Shown: one piece after another, positions 47,943 through 61,000 of the stretch | Layout: the number at the start of each line of letters is the position of its first letter | How positions within the stretch are numbered: position 1 is the stretch's first letter | Origin: Paragordius varius | Taxonomy: Eukaryota; Animalia; Nematomorpha | Assembly (NCBI GenBank): GCA_964247055.1 | Contig: OZ176052.1 | Location: forward strand, 3,596,001-3,660,000 | Length of the DNA stretch: 64,000 nucleotides | Direction of reading: 5' to 3' | Notes under the pieces: generated by a model | Database searches by the model: none | Seen by the model: the letters and a program-made list of their open reading frames with translations, nothing else | Told to the model about the DNA's origin: nothing | Translations under genes and position numbers: made by a program

Positions 47943-50900
47943 TTATATTATATCTGTCCCCTCATTATCATTAGTTTCTGTATTAGTTGTTGTCGCGCAA
48001 TTACTATTATTATTACTACTGTTTTCACCTAGATCAATCAAATCATCGATAACCATACTTTCTGAAATACCCGCCAACGTTTCTTCAGACATTTCCGGTT
48101 CAAGATTTATAGTAGTTGTTTGAAGGTGATCAGTAGTGCTGGATTCTTGAGAAATTGATAATCCAATATTTTCAGTATTTATATTCGTGTTTGCAAAACA
48201 CCCAAAATTGGAGATAGTCGCTAAACTAGTAGAATGGTCACCCAAACTTTCTGTGGCAATAATATTTGAAGTAGTTGGAAGAGTATTATTTGGTGGATCA
48301 AACATAAGGGCTTCATTGCTAAAACTAAGGGCAGATAAGGTTTCGCTGGTTGGAGATAACAATTCACTCGATGTATTATCCAAAACGCCAGTTTCTAAAA
48401 AATTAGTAGAAATAGTAATAAATTTTTCTAACTGCCCAAAACTACTTATGCAAGCAAAACACCCCAAACTATTATACAAAATGATTATATATAAATACCT
48501 ATATCATTATCTCTTGTGGATGATTGAGGTGGAATCGTTATAGTTAAAGGGGAGTTTAAGGCATTCCCTGCCTGATTTGAAGAATCTGTAGCAGTCGAAA
48601 TATAATTTTCGCTATTAATGTTTCGCCTGGAATTAGCTAATGATATGATTAATAAACATATAAAATTAAATTTAATGCATGTTAGTGTGTAAAAATCTGG
48701 AATGTTTTACCGTCCTAATGATTAGGTTAAATAACACCAAAGTTAAGAAACTTTATTGTATTTAACAAAGCGTTTTCTAAGATTTTGCCAATCATAAATA
48801 CATATATATTAAATTTTTTTAACGGTAACGATAGGCATTATCTAAAATATCTTACGTAAAATTTTCTATAATTCTATAAATAAAATTTTGGGGTATTATT
48901 CATTTTTTCAATTATATATCGCAAATTATGTTTGAAATATATACTATTTGCACTTCAAGTTGGGCCCTTCAACACTATAAGTTTGTCGTTCAACTTTTTA
49001 AATTTATTTAACTTTTTATAATCAAACCTAAAATTCATATGATTTATTATTTTAAGCTATTTTCTTTATTTAACCAAACTTTTAAATCAATTTTACCTTT
49101 TTATCATTCAGAAATCGTATACTTAAAAAATATATTTAATTCAAATAATATTTTTACATGTAATTCAAAAAAATATAAGTTTTCTGAGTTATTAAATATA
49201 ATTTTTGTTGAAAACATTTAATTTCAAACCAAAAAATTGGTTTTTAAATAAAAATTATTAATTTTAAATGAAATATATGCTAAATCAAGAAAATTAGGTT
49301 AAAAAATAATCTAATAAATAAATTTTTGCAAAATTTATAGTCATTTTAACTTGTAATGTTCAGGGAAACCCACTTAAAGTGTGTTAAAGGACACTCTTGA
49401 AACAGCAAATGATGTATTATATTCATCCAATATTCCAAAAAAACTAATTAATCTATGTTTAAAAAAATTACCAGAAGTTATTTCATTTCTCCGGCGACAA
49501 GTCATATGGCCAATATGCCCATGGTTAGGGTTATTATGATGTCGGTGATGATGTGGACATCGACACCTGTGGTGTAAAACTCGATTGCCATTCGTGTTAA
49601 TTGCAGTGCTTTGAGAATTATTAATATTATTGCTGTCAGTAGAATATGGTAAAGGTTGAGAAGTTGCAATTGTACTAAGCCCATTACTATCAAAATAATA
49701 ATTTATTATCAAATTTATTTTGATTTAAATTGATTGGAAACAATATTGGATGAGATTTAATGAATTTAAATATCCATATTATATATAAAAAATGATGACG
49801 ATTATCCAGCAATTAATTTTACCAATTATTTATTGTAAGATAACATAATCTAAAAAACTGTTAACAAGTGAGATCGATTTCTTGATATAGTAAAACATAT
49901 CTCCCCCCAAATCTCGCTTCCAAAATCAAATAAATCCTTCTTTTCAAGGATCATATATATATGTAAAATAATTAAATTTGATGAAAGAAAAGAAATTACC
50001 CAACTGTGTTGTTGACATGACCGTCAGATACAATAGGATGTATGGTGGTACCACCATTCCTATCATTTGTGTTATTGCTACCATTTAGATTGTTGTTTAT
50101 AATACAATTATTGTGACTACCATTACTAATTTCAGTTTGTTGTGTTCTGCTATTAACATTATCGTTTGAAGTAAATGGGCTGTGCTGTTCAAAACCACCA
50201 TTTCTTCTGGTGTGTCCTCTCAACATTGCACTCCTTGTGATTACTCCGCCGTTTTGTGAGTTATGTTGAGTGTTTCTATAAATCATATTCAAAAATTTAA
50301 ACGTAGTATATTAGACAAAATTATAATTTGGAGGGACCTTTTTACAGAAAATATACCATTTACAGTTCAAATTCACCCTAAAAATAAATTATGTGTTTTC
50401 CAAGTTACAAATTACCTATATTTTTTTCAAAAAAATAAATTTTTGCCTAATAAATACTTAAAAACTAATAAACTAAGCCATAAAGATATATTATATATGA
50501 ATGATGTATATTAGCCCGAAAACACATAAATTATTTTTAGGGACAATTTGAATTGTTTAAGGGCGAATTTGAATTGTAAATGGTATATATTGTATTAATG
50601 TCTAAAATTGATTGTAGATTTAACCAAAAATAAGAGTAGCTGGCTGAACGCAAGAAAACTTAGTTTTAGAGTGAGACATACTAAAAATTATTTTTCTGCG
50701 TGCACATATATATTATTATGATACAATTTATAACGTATATTTAATTAAAAGCATCATTTAATTTATCTAACCGACAGTTTTTAACTTTAACAACACATTT
50801 TTCAATTAACTGTGGTGAGTGAGCATTATAATAATGTGTAGTAAAAAAGATTGGCTTTGTGAACCTTATTTTTATGAATAAAGTGTTATGGCTTGCTTAA

Positions 50901-51971
50901 ACTTAATTTACACAAATATATTTGACGACTTTTTTACATACATGATATTTCCATTGTTGAAATTGTTAGTAGGAAGGAGTTGAAGATTGGTTTGATGACC
51001 ATTAGGATTGTTATTAAGGTTATTTAAATTATTGGGTCTGTGAGCTGCACAATATTGTATAGTTCTACGGTGATGATGATGGTGGTGATGAGAATGTCTA
51101 TGTTGTCGATGACTGTTTGAAGCAACATTTTCTAAACAAAATAGGAATAGATCTCAAATTTTATGACTAAATTGCAAAATTAATTGATCAAAATTACAAA
51201 CTTTTTTATTTTTTACATATATATATATATATAAACTTTTATTTCAAATTAAGGATTATTAGTAAAATTGGATATATTGAAATCATAAAGGCAACATAAA
51301 AACGGATCAACGTCACTTAATATTTTGTTATTTAAATCTTAAAATAAGATTACCTATCATTTGTTAAAAAATATGCAATATAATAAAAATAAAGTTTACA
51401 TGTTTAAAAAGAATAAGGTATTAATAATATTTTACCTTGTGGTTGTCTTGAATGCATGGTATTTGTCGGTATACCCCAATTGGCATTCAAAGAAGTTGTA
51501 ACCTTCAATTAAACAATAATTATGTTCAAAAAAATAATAAAAAATTTTGTTCAAAAAAATAATTTCAAAAGTTTTGTAAACCAGGGGTATCCAACAACAT
51601 GTGGCCCTTCAAGATTTAGGTGCAAAATGCTTACAAAATCTTATTAAAATTAATATCTTTATACAATTTTTCTAAATAACTCTCTAACTATTTGAAAAAA
51701 AAACTAAAAAAATGTTATATATTGTGTCTGCATTTTACAGTCTTATTCTTATATATAGTTGACATTTAATAAATTATTTATAAATGCCTCCGATACTTTA
51801 TTTAAAATTCATAATTTGCAAAACATGTTATTTACAAAATATTGATTGATATCCCATTGACAATAATTTTCTAAATAAGTATCCAAATAGCGACACCGAA
51901 AAAAATTGTTTCATTCCGTGTTTACCTTTTAAAGTCTTATTTTTGAAATATAATTAAGTATTTATGAATGC

Positions 51972-52013
<42 letters not shown>

Positions 52014-55000
52014 AATGCGGCCCGTCGTAATTTTTGACTTAAACCAAAAAATCCTTTTTAGTGAATACGTTTTACTAAAAATTATTTTTTAAAAAGTCAT
52101 ATATATATTGCGAAAACAAATATTTATAGGTGTGCTGGTAAAAATCATATTCATACAGCCAAAAAACTAAAAAAATGTTATATAAAAGAACAGCCATACC
52201 TTTACCATATTTTTTAATATATTTAGAATTAGAGATGTAGGATAAAACACACACAATTCCAAAATACTGTAATTATTTAGGTTAAATGGTAAGCATCATC
52301 AGGTTCAAACCATTTTTCCAATAACTAAATTTTAATTTTTACTTTCTTGTCTTTATTTTAATGATTTTTTTATCAGAAAATATATTGTTTACTCACCTGC
52401 AAAAGAAATTCTTGATTTACAGATCCCTGCCCTCAACCGAAAAGGGAGGCCTATAAAATTTGGACTCAAATCATAAAACAAAATTTTAAACTCCTGAACA
52501 TACCTACGCAACAAAAGAGAGATATATATCGTAAATTAATCCATGGAATCCCAATAACTGGGCCAAATTAATCATACCTTACTAAATATAAAAAAGCATT
52601 TAGTATATTAAAATAAATCAAAACTTGAGATAAGGTATCACCGGTATCATTGCTATTGCGTGTTACTTCACTTTGTTCCTCATTATTTAGACAAATATTG
52701 CTCAAATTTATTAAGGAGGATGGACTACCAGTTTTCTTAAACATTACGCGAGAGGCGGATGGTAAATTTGAACCAAATGCTTCAGTATTTGCAGAAGATA
52801 TAACATTAAAGTTAATGGTGGCAGCTGATAGTGATTCTTTAATGCGATATACAGTAGCGTATGGAGTAAAACAATATTAGTCCATAGAAAAGAATAAAAA
52901 AATGTTTTTTTTTAAAAAAAACAATCCGAGCTTTAAATACACATATCTATAATATCCCCTTGTATTTTTGGGAAAAAAAATTTTTTTATTCTTCTATGGA
53001 CTAATATTGTTTTACTCCATACGCTACTGTAAGAAAAGAGCTCTTTATTAATACACCAAGTTTAACGTAGTGTGTAAAAAAATGAGGGAACAATATATCC
53101 TTTAATGTATGTTATAAATGATCGGCGAAAAAAAGACTGGTTAAATTATTTAAACCTACTTTAAGCTCGCCGGGTATGATGTCATTTTCATGGTATTTTT
53201 ATAGAACATTTTAAGGAAATCCTCAAATCAAAAATGTTTTGTAAATTGGTTTTATAAATATTCTTTAAAACAAAAAAATATTAAACGGCAGAAAACATGA
53301 GCTAGGCCAAATTTAAATCACTTTTAGGGAATGTGTTAATACGGTTTTGAATTCAAGAATAAATAATCAAATATTAATTATTTATTTGATTACTTAATAC
53401 CGACATATAATAGGTTCAGGAGGAAAAGTATATGCAATTTTTAGCGGTTATATAATAAAAAATCTAAAAAATGTATGATTATCTTTACGAGTTAATAAAA
53501 CCCAAACATAAAAAGCTTACTATGAAATGTTTCAAATTATACTAATAGTTTTACCTAAAGATTTAGTTGAAGCAGTTTGATTTTTTTGTACATCCACAGT
53601 TCCCAATGACGAAAATGTTGCGGTATTAGAGTTATCAGTAATAGAGCTACTAATTCGATTTTGTTGATTGCTGCGAAGTATGCGTGAACTATAATAAATA
53701 TGAAAAAATAATAAAACTTTTAACCATCTCTAATATGTTTTACCTTAAAATATGTTATTGATATTGTTTATTTTAGTTTTCTACCGATGAAACATAGTAT
53801 ATTAAAATATAATGGTTATCTATCCAAATATTTCTAAAGCAAAATTTATAATGGTTAAATTAAACAGCTTATTACACTAGTTTGGAAGAAAATCTTAGTT
53901 TAAAAACGGCACGTATGTATCATAAAAAATAATAGTAGGACTTCAAATATGCCATTTAACAGTTGCACACATTCATTCAGTCTCTCGACCCAAATTGGGG
54001 TAGTTGAATGCCCAAAGCCTATTTAAAACTAAATACTAAAAAATAATGGGTTGAAACCACGGCGAAAGTTTGCACTTATATAACATTGATGAACCAAAGT
54101 AAATAATTCCATTATTACTTGATATCATTTATTTAAAAATCAAACCCAAAGGTAAAAATTAGGTCAACATGACATGTGTGCCTTAGCTAAATTTAAATAA
54201 AAACAAAATAAACCACTTTTTCTGTTCTATCAATGTCATATGTGATTAAATAAAAAAATAGCTTTATTATAGCTATAAAATTAAATAACCACGATATTTT
54301 GCAAAATTGTAAAATAAAAATGGCGTCAAAGTAGTTTGATATGGAACTTTTTTTTCAAAACCTTATTATTTATATGTTTCGGCCTTTTTAGATAATTTTT
54401 ATTAGGATAGAAGCATAAATTTAGATTTGAACTGTTTCTTTCAGTAGTTTTTAAAAATTATCAACTTTGGGGTATTTGGAGACCCCCCCCCATTTGAATC
54501 GAAGTGTTAAGAAATCATTCTTTCAAAAAAATAAAAACAGGCTATTTCATGAAAGCTCAAAAAAATCTTACCTAATATTAACAATGCTGGGTGGAATCGT
54601 ACCAGAACTGGGTATCATAGAGGATTGTATTGATGCTGATGAATTAACCAAATTTGCTGTGGAACCAATTAGTAAATTGGCAGAATTGCTACTAGATACT
54701 ATGGATTGTTGAGTGATAGGAGAAATATTATTCTGCGTGCTTTGCAAAGTAGCTACATTGATTGATGGGTTGATTGATTGAAATACTGAAGCGCTTTCGA
54801 CAAAACTACCACTGTATGAACGGCCTCGATTGATTGGTGCGGTGATGCCGGTTTGAGAGTTAATATCTAGCAAATAAAAGAAATTAATTAAAGGAATAAA
54901 GGAATTAAAATATATAAAAAAATATGTATATAAATATATTAATGTTTAATGAATTAAATTTAATGCTGTTAAAAGTAACTCGGATGAGATGGATATGCAT

Positions 55001-58000
55001 TTAGTATCCATTAACAGCTTTTTAAAACAGCAATAAAAATTAACCCGATTAATATTAAGAATTAACATAACAAATTATGTTATTCCATGGTGAAATTGTT
55101 GCAATGTTTTTAGTTATATGAAATCAGATTATTGTTATAGAAAGTAAAGGGCTTAATTTTTGAACCCTGATGGAGTCGAATATTGATGTTACAATAATTT
55201 GTGTTTCCGACTGGCGTTTTAACACAGCTTTAAGCATTTTCATAAAGCAGCATTATTAATTTTATTAAAAATTCCTCGATTTTTTGATACCATGCCTTAA
55301 TTATGAGATGTGTCTGGGTTTGGTGTCAAAAGTTCTCATCTATTATATCTTTAGCTAAAAAAATTCTTGCAACCGAATTGATATGAATAATTTCTGAGAT
55401 GTTTTTACCTTTCTTCTTTAAAACTAAATGATTTTTATTACATTTTTAATTCTATGTTTAGTTTCAAAAACTTATATTCCGTGTTTTAATACAGTTTTAA
55501 AGGGGGATTGGAGCAATCTATGGCATCTATCTCCCTTATTGTTATAGATGAGTAAGGATAATTGCTATGTGTTAAGTTAAAAACCTTTACTAATCGGTTA
55601 TCGGAGTGAATACCTTCATTAAATCTGCGGGAATCTCAGAGGACCAAGTGGCTTTGTTAGATTTCATATCTATTACGATTGCTATATAAGCCTCATCAGG
55701 GCTCAATTTTAAGCCCTTTTACTTTTTATTATAATAATAATTTATTATATAACCAACTTTACAAAGAATCCTCCAAGGAATATTTTATAAGCAGAGATTC
55801 ATACAAAGATAGCATATGAAATAAAAGTTCATATCGCAAATGGCATTTATGTTTTCAGAAGCATGGTCTTATAATAACACTAGTCGACAAATTTGGACAT
55901 TTTTAAGGACCACCACTCAAACTTTTTAAATTATGACTAATTTCAGTGTTTTAAAACCGAATTAGAAAAAAATTTTGATCCCGCCAATCAGATTTTTGAA
56001 ATTTTATAGGTTTTTCAATTTTTCAAAAACAAGAGAAAATCGAGAGAAAATTAAATATAACTTTATAATAAAATGTTATTATATTATAAACTTAATATCA
56101 TTTAATAAAGCGTTTCAAACTCTATCTTTTGAATATAAATATGTCATTTAAATATCAGAGAAAAAAAAATAGTACGGACTTAAACGTCAAAATTTAGTCT
56201 TTTTTCTTCAAGTGAATTTTTAACACATATAAAAAAATTTTTAAAAAAATACTAAAAAAGGCATTCTATGGTTTAAACCTTCCGCTTTCAGATAGGCTAT
56301 ATTTATTTTGTTAGATTTGGTTCTTTCGAGTACTTATTAGACTTTTTCTCTTGAGTTCTTATAAAAAAATCCTTTATTTATACCTAGTGGATATACCTTA
56401 TTTTTTTAAAATTATTGGTTGTTTTGTATTTTGAATTTCAGATGGATGTTGTGTAGCCACTTTTAGTAGAATTTACTGTTATGGGTTTGGACCATTTGTA
56501 TTTACCTAATTTATATTCAATTTAATTGTAGAATTTATCTAACTTTATTCTGTGAATTGAATTTGACATGTCAATTTGCCACGATTTTGCTTGCAAGTCT
56601 CTCTTATCGGACTTTACGATTACTTATTGTTATCTTTGCCATATCTGGCATAATTATAGGATCGCTTGGGGGATATGCAGAGCTTGTGCAGCCGCCCATA
56701 TCTATCACACTATATATAAGCCCCTTTTAGATTTTTAATACTTTGGCTCTTAGCTTGTTTAGTATCTTATTTAATGCCTAGAATTTGTTATCCATGCATG
56801 GAATATTACTTGTATCGACTTGCTTGTTTGAATATTTAAACATATGTACACGAGGAATGATTGTTATTTTTGAATTAAATACAAATTTAAAAATTAAATT
56901 TTGGAAAAATCCTATTGGTGGCCTCAATTTTCTTTTTTGTTTTGGCCTTTCCATGCCATTAGGTATCAGAAAATGCAAAAATAATGGGGTGGTGCAAAAC
57001 CTTGTTGAGCAGTGTAATCAATGTGGAAAAAAACCAAAGTAATGATTTTACATGTGATTAAAACATAACTGTAAAATTTACTGCTCTATCTGCCTGCACA
57101 CCGAAGTTAAAACAAATGCCATAACATATGCACCTTGTAAAATGTGGGTTCACAAAAATGCAATGGCATCAAAAGAAAATTAATCTAAAACAATAATTTT
57201 AAATGGAGTAGATGCATATTAGATAAATATCCAAATCACGGGAATTAGTTATAGAAATTAGATATGTGAACAAAATATCATTTATCTAGTCTATGTAACA
57301 GTAATAATAATGGAAATTCTTAAACAACCATCTTGCATAAGGCAAAATTTAACAAATTTAAACATGCATTAACGCATAAATACATAAAAAAATTAAATAA
57401 AATGAATGTCCGTTCAATCCTTATATATGCCATCAAAACTTGGGTCATCACAAAATAACTAGAATCAAGACTACAAAGAACAGAAAACAAAATGCTAAAA
57501 TATATGATAAACTCTATTATGTGAATCAGAAAACAAACCAGTTGACTCATCTGCTAAAGAAATTCTCGATTTACATATCCCTGCCTCCCCCCCTGACCGA
57601 AAAGGGAAGCCTAAACCAATTTGGCAAATTATTGAACAAGATTTTAAATTTCTAAATACCACAAAACGCAACAAAAAGAGATATACATCGTAATACTTAA
57701 AATCCTAGTATTTGGGCCAAATCAATAATACCTATGTTAACGTGTGCTAATGTTACTTTAAAATTATCCATAATTTTGTTTAAAATATATTCCAACGTAA
57801 ATCCAAATAAAAAAGTTGCTTGATGATAATATTAACAGCATAACAATACCAATTAATAAGCCATTTGTGGAAAAAACATAAAATCTATTATTGGAATACT
57901 GTGAACCTTTTTCCTCACCCATAGAAATTAACATTGGCTATTTTGGTATTATATTCTTTTAGAAAAAAATATAAAAATGAATTTTTTGATTAAAATTATA

Positions 58001-61000
58001 AATAATAATATTCCACAGATATTTCAAAAAATACGAAAAAAATGCTTTTGACTAATTATGAGGATTTATATAATATCCACAAACTAATTAGCAACACTCA
58101 TTTAAAACATTTAAAAAGTTTTACAATACTTTGTTGATTTATAGGGTTACATCGCCGGGCTGATACAGTACGCCCAACCAGAGTGCTTGATCGGGAAATA
58201 TTAGCCCCCGTCCTCCCGAATGCCGACGTAATCGGTCTTCTTGATTGTGAAAATTGTGTTGCTGTTCCCCCTACAAACAAAATTATTGTTTTTTTTATAA
58301 TTTTATGAATTTGCTGCTAAAATAATAAACCATTAGTTCAAATTCACCCTTAAACAACTTCAAATTCACCCATAAACAAACTAAATGTGCCCTCGAACAT
58401 TTCAAATTCACCCTAAAATAAATTATGTGTTATTTTAGGTTTAAAAATTACCTATATTTTCTTATATTTTAAAAAAATGAAACTTCGTTTAAAATTAATA
58501 TAATACTGAAAAAATAATAAAGTATGGCATAAGAATATATTTCTTCTTAATCATGAGTTATACTAGCCCGAAAACACATAATTTATTTATAGGGTGAAAT
58601 TGAATTGTTAGAGGGTAAATTTGTATTTTTGGAAATTTATGATGCTAAAAATATGGTATTTTGAACCATGAAAAATAAAATGCAAATAGATACAAAAAGA
58701 TATATTTGTGGAATAAAAACTCTAGCTAAAAATAAGGTATTGTAAATTATTTGATAAAACTTTTAAATGTAAATGGTTCACTATAACATATTATATAACA
58801 AAAACTATAGCCATGGATATCTTAAACCTATGTTCTTAACATAAAATGTCATTTATGGATAAATGACATTATAAACGAAAATGGGGCGCAAATTCCAGCC
58901 TAATAAAGAATAATGTATTTAAACTCAATATTATTTTTGTGATAAAAACTATAACTTTATATAGGGTATATCGAGTTAATTTATTATTTCATAAAATATG
59001 AAATGCCATTTTTATATTAAAATTTATTTATGGTTTTTCCCACCGAAACGGTAAACAACGGCGAAAAAGACGTCATGGAAAATAAATTAAGAATGCTACA
59101 CCTAGTGTACAATTTATAAAACTCTAATAATATAAATTGGCATATGTCGGAAAAAACAATGATCTGATTCTATTAAATTGTTAATAAACCATTAGCTTAA
59201 AATTAGAATACATTTCAAACCGCATCTTAAACAAACTCCAGACATATTTTAAAACCTAAAAAAGTAAGAAAACACATGCAGCATTTAATACATTTTTTTG
59301 CTTTAAAAGTTACAAAAAAGTATTTACCCATTAATGTGACAACGTTATTATTGTTATCGTCAGATGAATCCAAACTAGATGAAGGAAATATCGTGAAATC
59401 TCTATTATTATTGTTAAGTCCAACTGTCATTCCCCCTGGAATTCTTGAAGTAGCTATGTTACCTCTCTGATAGGCAGTATTCGATGCTATTAATGAAGAG
59501 GAACCAAAATTAAATATGGGATGTCTAGGGGGTAAGCTAGCTAACCCACTGCCAAAATGAGGACCACCAATCAGGGACCCGTGTTGTCGAAATAACATGG
59601 CGCCTTTCATATAAAATATATATTCCATTTATAGTTCTTCACCATTGAACAATTTATCACCCTTGAACAATTTAAATTTATTCTCGAACAATTCAGATTC
59701 ACCCTTGAACAATTCAAATTCACCCTAAAAATAATTATGAGTTTTCGGACTAATATTACTCATTATTAATATGAAATGTATCTTTATGACATAGCTTATT
59801 TTCAATATTATTTAAATTTAAAACAGAATTATATTTTTTAAAAATATATAAAAATAAGGTAAATTATTATTTTAAAAAAACATATAATTTATTTGAGGGG
59901 TTCAAGGGTGATTTTGAATTGTTTAAGGGACTTAAATTGTTTAAGGGTGAATTTGAATTGTAATTGTAAATGATATATACATATATATATGTTGAAAAAA
60001 ACGACAAAAATTATATCACAAATGAGGAGGGTGGGCGTCCCCAGTTACGAAGAAATGGCCGCGCATAAGTCCTTATAAAGTGCTTTTTTATAGCCATAAA
60101 TTATTTATTAAACTTTTTGTGGTACTTATTTAAAGTAAAAAAATATCCATGTTGTAACCAGCTATGAACCTATTATCGGTATTATGGTCCTTGAGACAAA
60201 AAAATATATTTGTTCGGCCCTTCATTTTTGATGAGTACCAATTATTTAGATAATATATCGTGGACAAATAGTCCTTTTCCCCTTTTGAATTCACCCTTAC
60301 ACATTTGAACAATTTAACACTTAAAAAATTTAACGCTGACAATTAGGAATTAATATTTGTTGTAGGCTCTTCCTACCATTTTTTTTTATTTTTCCACTTA
60401 ACTTTTGTTATTTATTAGCAAATTTTTAAATAAATAACTTTAATTATTGCATTAATATATATATAATTTTTAACAAAACACGTTATTTTAAATATTTTTG
60501 TATTAATAAGATTATTTTAAAAATTAATAATCTGGAAATAAATAATTTATTTGGATTTTAGCTCCCCGAAAAAAAATATTTTTGATGTGATTTTCTTATA
60601 TATATTCCATATGAATATATATTCCGAGTCCTTAATACTAAAGAGTGAAATCGATTGAATGGCCCTCCCCTAGACATTAAGTGCGACCCCAGATTTTGGA
60701 AATATAACATTTGCAAAAATATGCTTATAATAGCTTAGTCAAATTGCTAATAAATTCAACCAAATCTTTAGAATCATTCTCTCCAAGAATTAGGAAAAAA
60801 ATTGTTTACATTTTAAGTCTATAATGTTTTTTGAGATCCATTTGATATTTATGTATAATGCGCACGCTGGAATTTTTGATAATAAGATGCGGCCCGCGAA
60901 GCCATCTGTGTCAGACCACCCCTGATTTAAATGATTAGAAAAAATAATATCCCCCCATAAAAAGTATTAGAGTACGAATATTTCCAGGGATCCGTTCATC

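Noticed and set aside
48469-48498. A third ultra-short (30-nt) intron
   Set aside because: The acceptor is out of phase; a 104-nt intron ending at 48395 fits.
48187-48543. 118-aa plus-strand ORF (also 22405-22596, 30499-30723, 52650-52880, 54467-54712, 59276-59470)
   Set aside because: These are antisense shadows of real exons on the opposite strand.
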